The position numbers and the translations under genes are program-made. The notes below the pieces were generated by a model. That model ran no database searches, was not told where the DNA came from, and saw only the letters and a list, made by a program, of their open reading frames with translations. From Elusimicrobiota bacterium (GTDB lineage: Bacteria; Elusimicrobiota; UBA8919), in contig JBBAAR010000002.1 in assembly GCA_041658185.1 (NCBI GenBank), positions 143 through 64,142 on the forward strand: DNA of 64,000 nt, written 5' to 3'. Within the stretch, counting starts at the first letter, position 1, and every line of letters starts with the position of its first letter. Below, piece by piece: positions 8,112-20,400 of the stretch.

Positions 8112-8468
8112 TTCGGAGTCCCGACGGAAAAAATGAAAATAATACCCAACTGGTTATTAAATAAAAATTCAGCGATTAAGCGATTGTTGTTATTGCGAGG
8201 GCGAAGCCCGTGGCAATCTTTAGTAAAAATCGTTTACAGGCGGGTTTTACACCTTTTTAGGAGAGTGTTTTTCTTTCCGGTCGGAGTAAAAAAGGAGAGC
8301 GCCAAAAACCAAAACAACAACACTAAAAAACAAAAAAATAAATGTGAGTTTATCCATTATCAATCACCTCCGTTAAAAGCTGCGCCTATGCTCAAGAACA
8401 ATACAAACAAAATCCCACCGGTAATAGCCATTAACCATGAAAATTTATCTGCAAGCGCAATATTGCCG

Positions 8469-11400
8469 ATGATTAGTGTTATTGCGTCCACCTGCGCCAG
8501 ATTAAGAAAAACTTTTGCTAAACCGTCTTTCTGCCGTCTGTTAAATTTCATAAGTGACATTATACCAAAAGCAACAAATTTTGTCAAGGGAAAAATTGGT
8601 TTATGGAAATTAAGAACCGTCCCCGTATTTCTCCCCGTATTTCTTTTAATGTTTATTTGTCTGATAAATCAGACCGCTACAAAGGTTTATGCGGATGATA
8701 TAAAATGGGGAAATTTTCAGGGTCCTGACCCTACTGTTACAGGCAATGGAATGGTTGATGATAATGCCAATACCGACCAGAATAATATGACATTACTTGC
8801 TGCCAGGGGTATCGGTTCCGGTGAACCGTCTATTGCGGTTGGTGTTCGTTTCAGAGCACCTAATAATATGACAATATCAGAGATCGGTCTCTATTTCGGT
8901 GATACAACTATCTCTGCCATGGGTTACAGGGTATATATTACATCAGGTGTTGCAGATGGCTCTTCACCACTCAATTTCTCACTTATAGGGGTTGGGACTG
9001 ATGGTCTGACAACGGGTTGTATCGGTTATTTTAATGACGATGGTACCGGTGCAACCTCAGGTGTATGGAGAGTAACCGGTCCACTTGCCGGTGGGTCCGC
9101 ATGGATTAAAGGCGGCGAGGTCTACTGGATAGTTGTTTCTTCCAGACCGGGCGGTACAGCAGGTGAAGCTTACATACAGGGTTATGTTGCCGAAGGACAG
9201 AATACATATAAATACTGGCAGCAATACGGGTTAAATACAAACAATCTTAAACTTTATGATGACCAGATGATGTGTGCTTACAATATGACCGCTGATAATA
9301 ATGATGCTTATACAAATGCAGCATCTTTAACGCCCTGTATCGCTATAAAATCAGGAGATGGCGGAACTATTTCAAATATGGTTGAGGATACATTAAATAC
9401 TTCAATAGTGGATGATGGTTCAGGAGGATTCAAAAGACAACTGATAAAAGTATCAACTTGTGATTTTAAGGCGGATGCTATCGGGCTTTATCTTTCCAAA
9501 AGTGCTACCGCACCCACGCAACCATTAAAAGCGGTTCTTTATAACAGGCAGGCAGGGACATTTGTAGCAATTGCAACCGCTACTTTTAATGCTGCAGATG
9601 TTCCTGTTACTACTAATATGAACTGGATTGAGTCATATTTTGTGCCATCCGTAACACTTGATGCAAACCAGAATTATGCTATTGTGTTTCATGCACCCGG
9701 TGAAGCAAATGATTATTATGTTCAGTTCATAGGCGGTAATGAACAATATGGCGGGATTACAAATAACCTGTCATTGACTTTTGAAGGCAATACTGATGGT
9801 AAAGGGCAGACCCGTCTGGCTGGCGACCCGTTTTCTGATGCGGGCTGGGCTGATGTTACAACCGGCGAGGCAGGCGGTGATTATGCGTTTTATTTGGTTT
9901 CTGATAAAACAAACCCGAAAGGCGCTATTATTACACCGCCGGAGGGCAGTTATTACAAATCACTTTCTACGATTTCAGGCACTTCAGTAGATGGCGGCGA
10001 ATTAGGCAGATTCGGCATAAAATCATTAGAAATTGCGATTAAAGCGGTAGATTCAAACTGGTGGGATTTTGCAGCGGGCGGCAACGGTCCTGGTGATGGC
10101 GGCTGGGATGAAGGTCTTGCAGAATACACTTCCGTAACACTTCCGCCTTTAACAACAGGGCAGTTTGTATGGAATTATAATTTCAACAATCAGTGGATGA
10201 GCAATATGCAGCATATAGTAAGATGTAAAATAACCGATTTTGCAGATAATGTCCTGACTTTTGACAGAAACCTTATTGTTGACCGCTCTTCGCCTTCTGC
10301 AATTTGCACATTGCCAACAAACAATCAATGGGTAAGCACATATGATATATTACCTACCATTTCAGGAACCGCATGGGATGATTCAATTTACGGCTCGTTT
10401 TCGCCGAATTTTGATGGTATTCAAATACGGTTAGCGCATTTAAACGGCGGGACTTCTTATTACAACGGTGCTTTTGTTGAACCAAACGGAGAGTCAGCAA
10501 CTGTATGGCTTTCTACAGAATCTGCTGGTTCCTGGAGCACATCAATCAGCGAATCAAAACTGAAAGGTGTGTGGGGGAAAAGCAGGTTTGCGATGCCGTG
10601 GAGTGTTGAAGGTTCGTCATATCAGGTAACAGCAAGAGGACAGGATAAAACCGGTAACAGAACAGCCATTGCACTCTATCAGATGACAACTTTTTACTAT
10701 GACCCAAATCCGGGTATTTCTACGGTAACTTATCCCAGTGGACCTTCCTGGGAGAGTATCTCAAGCCCGTATTTCATTGGTGATGCTACCGATACTATTT
10801 CTGCCGAAAATTCAACTAAAAAAGTTTCGCTTGGTACGAAGGTTGAAGTAAAACTGTTGAAAAAAGCAGACGGTACATATTGGCAGGATGATGGCTCATG
10901 GGTCGCTACGCTTCCTGAAGATAGATGGCCATCAACAATAAACCAGGCAGATTCAAGTTATGCGGTTAATAAGGGAACATGGTCATTAAAAGGCCCTGTT
11001 GGTCTTCCAACCGGCAACTATCATATGTTCAGCCGGGTTGTGGATAATGCAGGCAATATTCAAACACAGTTTACGGAAACCGGGGTTTATCGTTCAAGCG
11101 TTTCATTTTCTGTTGATGCTGCTAAACCGCAAACATACATAACTATTCCGAAAAGTGATGCAGAGTCATTAGCAAGAACCGCACCTTTAGCAACTATATC
11201 AGGGACCGCTGAGGATTCGCCTACAGGTAGCCCAGCCAAAGTAGCAGAAGTGCGGTTAGCAATACTTAATCGTTCAATCGGTAATGGCACAACCAGTTTC
11301 TGGTCGCCCGGGAACAGCCAGTGGGTAGAGGGTTCTGTAGCAACTCCTTCAACATATGTTGTCTGCTCTCTTGATACCGCATTTACACCTGCGAAATGGG

Positions 11401-14400
11401 GTTATGTGATGCCGGGCGGTGCGTTAACCAGCGGGCATAAATACGAGGTATTTGCGTGGGCGAAAGACAGTGCGGGAAACTGGCAGGATAATCCTACCGC
11501 CTACCGCGGTCTCAACTATGTTGCTAATTCAACACCTTCTGTGAAATGCTTCTGGTGGGAAGTGGATAAACCGTCAACAACAATAACCTCGTTTTCGCCG
11601 TTTGGTTATCTGCCGTCAATGAGTTCAATCGGAGGGACCTCTGTTGAAAATTACGGAAGCGGTCCTGCGAATACGGTTGCAAAAGTCCAGGTTCGTATTT
11701 CAAAAACAATAAACGACAATACGGCATTGACATACGGCGTATCGGCGACAACAGGGACATTTGAGACAGACGCAGGGTTCACGAGTTGGCTTGACGCCGG
11801 AGCAGTGACCTCGCCCTGGGAGGTTACGGTATTATCAACACAGCCGTTTGACAGCGGCGGTTCTTATATTGTCCGTTCAAGGGCATATGATAACACATAC
11901 AAATTTGATGCTGCCGAAGGCGGGCCCGGTAGTGCGTTCTCCAACACCGAGAACTATTCGCCGGGCGTCTGGTCGGTCAATCGCTCTTCTTTTACTTTTG
12001 ACAATGTTCTGCCATATGAGAATGATATTGTTTTTCCCGCCGCGGGTAATTCACGGCTGAATAACAACCCGATGACATTCAACGGCTACTCAAAAGATGC
12101 GGTTGCTATGGCACAGACCGGCTCCATAGAGTTCCAGTTGATTGAAAACCGGCTTGAAGCGAATGCAAGATACTGGAAATCAGGCACTAACGATTGGTTT
12201 GATTTCGCGAATGCCGACTGGGCTAATGCTGACTGGTGTGCGCCGTCAATAGAGGTATGGGCTACTTCATCAACCTGGACAAAAGCATTTGCTTCCGGTA
12301 AGTTCGCAAATAACGCTATATATTCGTTAAGAACAAAGTCAAAAGACAGAGCGAGTAATTATACAACCCTTTATTCAACAAGAACATATACTTTTGATAC
12401 CACAGCACCGGAGACAGCAGTTACCAATACCAAGCCGCCTACATACATAAATAATACATATGCATCACAAATAGAAGGCACCGCACTGCAGACGGATTAT
12501 CAGTATATTCAGTTAAGGACAAGACGGTATTATGATATGTACACTTGGGAAGGGACTGTTTTTAATGTTGACGTCAACACAAAAACAGTAACCGGATACG
12601 GCGGCAACAACTGGTACTATGTGAATATTTCTACAAAAGACCTTACTGATGGCGCAACTTACGGGATACTCTGCTGGGGAACTGATGTTGCTACTAATAT
12701 TGAATCCACAGCAGCCAAGCCGGACTATGTATTTTATTACGATATAACAAGACCTACACAGACCATCACAAAGCCCGCACAGAACGAAGTTGTAACATCG
12801 CTGCCTGCAATTACCGTTAATGCGGGCGACACTGTGCCTGCTGCAAATCGTGTAGCAAGCGGTATTGTTGAGGTAAAGATAAAAATAGTGGCAACTCAAC
12901 TTTATTCAAACACAACATACTGGAGCGGCACGCTTGTTGGTGGATGGACACCTACTGAGACATGGCTGCCGACTGAAGCGAGTGGTAATAACTGGGTGTA
13001 TCCACTTGCGGGCTATGTAATGCCGTCCTTCACCGATGACAAACTTTACGAAGTAATCGCAAAATGTAAAGATAATTCAGGTAACTGGTCTATTGTGTAT
13101 TCAACAAACGGGTTCAAGCAGGACCAGACATCACCGACGCAGTCAACAATACTCAGACCATCAGCAAACAATATCTTTTTTAACCAACTAACAACACTTT
13201 CCGGACAGTCACAGGATTCCGCCAACACCTCCAATATCACACGAGTAGATATCACAATCCGGGATATGACACTTGGCTCAACTTATTGGCAGGGTTCTAA
13301 TAATACCTGGATACAGACATCAACAGTAACGACAAAGAATTATGCTGCAACACCTGTGACCTGGCAGTATGATGTTTCAGCAGTAAATCCTTTTACAACA
13401 GGGCGTCGGTATGAAATGACTGTAAAGGCTTATGATGCGCCCGGCAACGGCGAGGCAGTGCCGCCTACCCGCTATTTCTATTATGATGTTTCGCAGCCGA
13501 CTACGACCGTAATAACTCCAACGCCGGGAAGTATAGTGGCTTCACTTCCTGAAATTACAGGTCGTGCCGGCGATAACCCATCGGTTCAGGCAGGTATCCA
13601 AAAAGTTGAAGTCCAGATATATGACGGCGCCCAATACTGGAGTCCCTGGACAGGTAGTTGGGGCGGTGTCGGCGTATGGTATTCTTCTTCACCGTCAGAT
13701 GGTAATATTTACGCCGCCGGTATATGGAAAACTACGGCACCGTGGACTTCCGGCAGTAAATACTGGATAAGAAGCAGGGCATATGACGGCTCCGTCAACC
13801 AGAATGAAACAGGCGGCGGACAGTACGAAGACCCGAACTACGAAGCGACATTTACATATGACAATACCCCGCCGTTGATAAAACTTGTTACGCCCGCAGC
13901 AAGCAAAACACGGCTCAGTTCTCTGCCTACTATATCAGGCACCTGTCAGGATGGTATAAGGATAAATACATCAGGTCCTATAGAAATAAACATACAGAAT
14001 ACAGGCGAGGTCGGCGCTCAAGTAACATGGAATGGCACCGGATGGAATGCCGGTTCGGATGATGGTTTATGGCTCGCTACAAATACATTTGTAGGCGGCT
14101 ATTCCGGTGGCGGCGGGCAGGTATCAAGCGGCACCTGGAATTACACATATCAATATGTGCTGAATGCATCAACCCCTTCACCGCCGAGTAGATACCAGTT
14201 AAGAATACAATCAAGAGACGAAGCGGGAACATATTCGGTAATTTATTCAACAAAATTCTGGTATGATAAAGTCAAACCGGTTTCGGAAGTGACAAACCCC
14301 GGCGCAACTTATATTTCTCAATTAGGCACTATTTCCGGCACTTCTTCGGCTGACACAAATCCGGTGATTTCAGGAGTACAGATAAAAATCAAACGCCTCT

Positions 14401-17400
14401 CGGATAATGCTTTATGGGGTGGTAGTGCATGGGATGGTGCCGGATATAACAATGCAAGTTCAGTTGAGGTATATTCATCAAGCGGTATATGGGTATACAA
14501 TCCCGGTACACCCGTAGCACTTACCCCTGGTACGTCATACCAGATATATACATTTGCGACTGACCAGGCGGATAATATAGAAAATGAAAATACGCATCCG
14601 ATATTCTGGTATGATACGACCGCGCCGACAACAAAAATAGAATATCCGCTCAGCAACGGTGAGACAACGGGTCTTCCGACACTGTCCGGGACCGCTTCGG
14701 ACAATCTTTCAGGCGTTTCACAGGTCCGGATAAAAATTCAGGATGATTTTACAACGGATGGCGGGAAATCATGGAATGGTTCTGTTTGGGATACAAATGA
14801 TAACTGGGTTACTGCGGGTCTCGGCTACAATGCATCAATTGGTGTTTCAACTTGGACATACATATATTCCGGCGCTTCGCTCAACGATTGGTATTGGCTC
14901 ACCTCAAAGGGATATGACGGCGCTACTCCTATAAATACTCAAACAAGTTATGCGGTTGGTACATCATCCAACAGGTTTATAGCGGATACTTCATTTACAG
15001 GACCGACGATTATAATGAGACCGAAGTCCGATGATGATTCAATTGCCAGAAAGGACTTGACAACAATTTCAGGAACATCTTATGATACTCGCTCGCATTA
15101 TTTGGTTCAGGCGACGCTTCAGTGGTTGACCTATAACGGGTTGACAAGTGCCACGACTTTTTGGGACGGTTCGCAATGGCTTCAGGGAGCAGTTAACGGC
15201 TCTACAAAAGTTGTCTGTGAAAGAAGCGGTTCAGGAACAGAGATAAACTGGTGGTATGATTGCACATCGGCGATGACCAGCGGGCACAAATACGAGACCC
15301 GCGTTTATGCACGGGACAATGCCGGTAACTGGCTTGCCGAATATGGTGCTTATGTTAAGGGTGGTACGGATACGGTCAAGCAGTTCTGGTATGATAGTTC
15401 AGTCCCGGCATCAACTATTACGGTTCCGTCAGGCGGAATAATATCAATGCTTACAGACCCTGTATTAGCAACAATTTCCGGAACATCCGTTGACAATCCT
15501 TCATCAGGTGCCAGCGGTGTGGGTAAAGTAAAATGGTGTTTATCAAATGACGGCGATACCCAATCGTTCCGCATCTGGTCTGTTTCATCAGGAACCTGGG
15601 AAACAGGACTGTATTATAATGATGGTGAATCAATATCCGGCGCCTGGAGTCCCTGGAAAGGTTTATTTTACAGCACCCAAGCATTTAATAGCGGCTCAAC
15701 ATATCGTTTGAGAGCAAAAGCGATAGATAATGCGGTTGCCTCAATCGGCGAAGCGTCCGGTTCCGGAAATACGGAGGCGGACAAATCATATTATGACAGC
15801 CGATTCAGATGGGATACAGAAGCACCTTTATCAAAGATAGAAAAACCTACCCTGACGGAAGCCCCTCCCGGCGGTTCGGGACGACTAAACTCGCTCGCAA
15901 CCGTTTCAGGAACTGCGGATGACGACACCGGCACCGGCAAAATAAATTCAAACGGCGTAAAACTCAATATAAAAGATGTAACCCAAAACAAGATGATGCA
16001 GTCGGATTATTCATGGATAGCAACTCCGGCTGACGAGAACAACTGGCCATGGGTTGATACGCTCTTTTACGGTGTTTATCCGGGTTCTTGGACTTATAAT
16101 TATTCCGTGGTCGGTTCAACTAATAATGATGTATATCAGATAATAGCGAAAGCGTGGGATGCTTCTAATCCTGCAAATGCCCAGACGGTAAATATTACTT
16201 CCCGGACTTTTGTGTGGGATAAGACAAACCCTGTAACCACGGTTACAAATCCGGCGGCAACATACATATCCGATTTAGGAACGCTTACCGGCGCATCTTC
16301 TTTTGACACAAAACTTTCGCCGGGGATACAAATAAAGGTGAAAAGAATGACTGATGACAAGACATGGCTCAACACCGATTGGGCTTCCGGCGATAACCCG
16401 AACTATGTCACGACTAATGACGGCGGCGGCACTAATCCTGACAACTGGAGTTATAATGCCATAACCAACTCAAATCTTACAGCCGGTACTTCTTATCAAA
16501 TTACAACCTGGGCGGAAGATATAGCAGGAAATGTTGAAGCACAGGCAGTAAAGCGGACATTCTGGTATGACAACCAGAAGGCATCTGCGACAATAGTTTT
16601 TCCTGAGAATGACAAAGAGGCGACCGGTTGGCCTGTATTTTACGGCAGCGGCTGGGATGATTTAGCAGGGACGGATACTATAAAGATAAAGTTACAGCGA
16701 AAGGTGGACGGACTGTTCTGGAATGCCGCTTCCGGTGCTAACGGTTCCTGGGGCGGTGAGATATGGAATAATAGCGAGGTATATGGCTCGTCTTGGGTAT
16801 ATCGGTATGGCACCGGTAATGCTACTCTTAGCGAGTGGTATTATTTAACGGTGAAGGCGGCAGACAAAGCGTCGCCTGCAAACGAGCAAACCGTTTTTGA
16901 AACAAGCCCGGAAGCGGTTAAGTCATCATGTACATTCATAGTTGATGACAAAGCGCCGACCAATCTTAAATTCACAATACCTAATCTTGATAACGAAGGA
17001 ATAGCGAGAAAGGATATTCTGACGTTTTCCGGTTCTTCTTCCGACAACCGCACTCATTCTAAAGTTGAAATGACTTTAAGGGATTTAACATGGGGGACAA
17101 GTTTCTGGTCGGGTTCGCAGTGGCTTCAAGGTGTTGATAACGGCTCAACCAGGGTGGTCTGCGGTAAAACGACCGGCGCGCCGCCTGAAACAATCACATG
17201 GAATTATTCCGTCGGTGCATCAACGATGGTTTCGGGACATAAATATGAGGTTCGCGTGTGGGCAATGGATACTGCCACCAACTGGACGGCGAATTCCGGG
17301 GCATATGTTCAGTATCCCGGTGCAGGTTCAACGGATACCGTGAAACGGTTCTGGTATGAATCAACCGAGCCGGATTCGGTAATACTCAGTCAATCAGAGG

Positions 17401-20400
17401 GTTTGAGGTATTCAACATTATTGACAATATCCGGCACCGCAACAGACACAGGAGCAATTAATAATTCCGGTGTCGCCGATTTATCCGACGGCGGAATAAA
17501 GATACAGATTTCAAACTCCGACGACAGCAAGTTTTATTTTAGATGGGCATCTTCAGGTACGATGCAGGCATCCGGAAGTGTCAACTGGATAACGGTCGGA
17601 GATTATTCTGCTCCCCCGGTGTGGAGTACCGCAGCGCTTGCTGCGTGCGCCGATTTTATTGACGATTCAACATACAAAATAAAAGTAAAGGCAACCGATA
17701 AAGCTAGACCTTCGGCAAATGATACCGCAACGAACCTGGGAAATGAAGAGGTATCAATATCTTCAATAAACTTCACATGGGATAACCAGGCGCCGAAGGT
17801 TTTAACGACAATGCCGTTAGGTAATGCGGGGAAATTCAATTCAATGACCACAATTTCCGGTACTTGCGTTGATAACGGTGATAAGGACAATCCCGCGGGT
17901 AAGATGGCAACTTCCGGAACGGCGGAGTTAAATATAGTCAACCTGACCGGCGGTAAAGCAACCTGGAACGCAGGCGGATGGTGGGATGCCGGCGAACTCC
18001 CAAATCAATGGGTATCAACTTCAACTTTTATCGGTTATTCTTCCGGCACCTGGAACTATACGATGAAAAACAGCGATTGGACAACGGCGAACCAGTACCG
18101 AATAAGGGTGAGGGTAAAAGATGCGACATTGCCATCACCGGGGCTATATTCAGCAGTTAATGTTTCCACATTTACATATGATACCGACAAGCCGGTTTCT
18201 ACGGTTGGTTATCCGGCAACATCACCTGCATACTTGAATACATTCACACAATCAATAAGCGGCAGTGTTGATTCCGATGCAACATCCGTCAGTATAAAGA
18301 TAAGAAGAAATGACGGAAAGACCTGGCAGGTGGGCAGCAGTGATTTTGCTTCAGATACAAATGATATTTATTCTCCTTTAGGTAACTGGGATAGTGTGAC
18401 GCCTGCGGCCGGCAGTTGGAATTATTCCGCACTTATAAACAAAACTACAGACGGCTATAGATATGAGATATTGACAAAGGCGCTTGATGAGGCGGCGAAT
18501 GAGGAAATTATCACCGGCCCGCTTAAAAATTTAACAACATTTTTCTTTGACCTGACAATACCGGTTCGCTCAACAATCACATATCCGACATCTACGCCTG
18601 AAACGGCGATATCAATAATTCGCGGCGATTGTTCCGACTCTTTGCCCGCCGGCGGTTCTTTCGCTACCGGAATTGCCGAAGTAAATATAAGGGTGAGGGA
18701 TACGGTCCAGGGCAATGCGACATACTGGACAGGCACAGGTGAAACATGGATAGAGGATAACACGCACAATGCATACTGGCTTACAACCACACTTTCTGCA
18801 GATTCAACCGGCTGGTGGCGCGCGACGGTTCCGACATGGACATCAGACAGGGTATATGAAGTAACAGCGAAGGCAAAAGACAAAGCACTCAACTGGGGAA
18901 CGAATTATTCCACCCAGACATTCAAACGGGATACCGCCCCGCCGACAGTTACTATCGGGAAGCCCTCAACCGGCGGACTCTACAGAAATTCATTATTGAG
19001 TATTACCGGCAATGCGACCGACCCCGGCACCCCCGCCACGTCAAAAATAAAAGAGGTCCATTATGCAGTTCGTGATTTAACGCTCGGTACGACTTGGTGG
19101 ACGGGTAGTTCGTGGTTTTCAGGTGATAACACAACCTTTTGGATTACACTTTCATCAACGCCGGTTGAGTATTTCGCTGACGGAACAAATGTAACATGGT
19201 CAACGGGTGCGGTTAATTTTGCTTCAGGTCATTATTACAAAATTTCCGTCCGTTCAAATGATGTTGCGGGAAATATGACAACGGATTCAAACTGCGCGAT
19301 AAAATATCTCTATTACGACTTCGCCGCGCCAACGACAACAATCACAAATGTAACTAACGGGAATGGCTACTCAACCCTGCCTTCTATTTCCGGTCAGGCA
19401 GGGGATAACGGAATTCCCAATCAGTCGGGTGTGAAAAAAGTTGATGTTCAAATTATAGAGGGTGCTAATTACTGGTCGCCGTGGACCGGCTGGGCGGGTA
19501 GTGCTGTTTGGTATTCTTCGTCGCCGAGTCAGGGAAATTTCTATTCTGCCGGCGTCTGGACAACTTCCGCCTCCTGGTCAAATGACAAGACATACATAAT
19601 CAAATATAAAGGTCATGATAATTCGTGGGATGAAAACGAGGCGCAAAACGGGAATGTTGAGTCGGAAAATACAAAAACATTTACATATGATACACAAGCA
19701 CCAATCTCTACAACAACTTTTCCGGCGGCACCGAACGGTTTGACAATTAACGCACTTTCTACGATTTCAGGAACCGCGGAAGATACCGGCTCCAATCCCA
19801 ATATAGCGGTAAAATTAAACAGTGTGAAAATCAACATTTATGATATTGATTTGAACCAGACATTAAATGCGGCTCAGCAGTGGGTCGGCGGGGAGTTGGG
19901 GACTTGGCTTACATCTATAAATCCGCAGGACAACTGGACAACCTGGTATTACACAATAAATTATCCGACTGCCACCTGGGTTGACGGTGTTTTGTACAGG
20001 GTAAAAACAATGGCGACCGATTTAGCAAATACGGACGAGCCAACTTATCCAATTAGAACATTTAGAATAGATATATCTTCGCCTTCATCCGTGATAACTG
20101 AGCCGGATGCACCGATAGAAAGAGTGCTTGAAAAAATATTAGGAACTGCTGCTTCTGATACAGTTACAACAAAAATCCGGCTGAAAAAGTTTGAGGGCGG
20201 AACGACTTATTGGTGGACGGGTATCGGCGGCAACTGGATAAATGCCGGCGGCGGCGGTGATGACGAGGCATCTTCCGTCTGGAAACTTTATAATGACGGT
20301 TCATCGGCTACGAACTGGCGTTATACCCACGCCGATTTCGCCAATTCTTCCGCATTCACAACCGGAACCACTTATTATGTAACCGCGCGTGCTTGGGATA

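Noticed and set aside
8355-8375. 16S rRNA 3'-terminus-like sequence ATCACCTCCGTTA
   Set aside because: The similarity is limited to the anti-SD core; no rRNA-like sequence lies upstream. It is simply the complement of a strong SD on the other strand.
8133-8468. ATG 8133 as the start of the giant gene (longest possible ORF)
   Set aside because: The extra ~110 aa would be an implausible K/R/N/Q low-complexity peptide (…KKESAKNQNNNTKKQKNK…) encoded by an A-rich spacer. It also overlaps the SD-led minus-strand micro-ORF. The openness of the frame here is more likely chance in repeat-poor, stop-poor A-rich DNA.
8360-8587. Minus-strand 75-aa ORF predicted as a small membrane protein
   Set aside because: It has a TTG start with no SD. 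It is antisense to the region that must encode the n-region and upstream extension of the giant protein's signal peptide. It is most likely a shadow ORF; this is not fully excluded, see the finding on start ambiguity.
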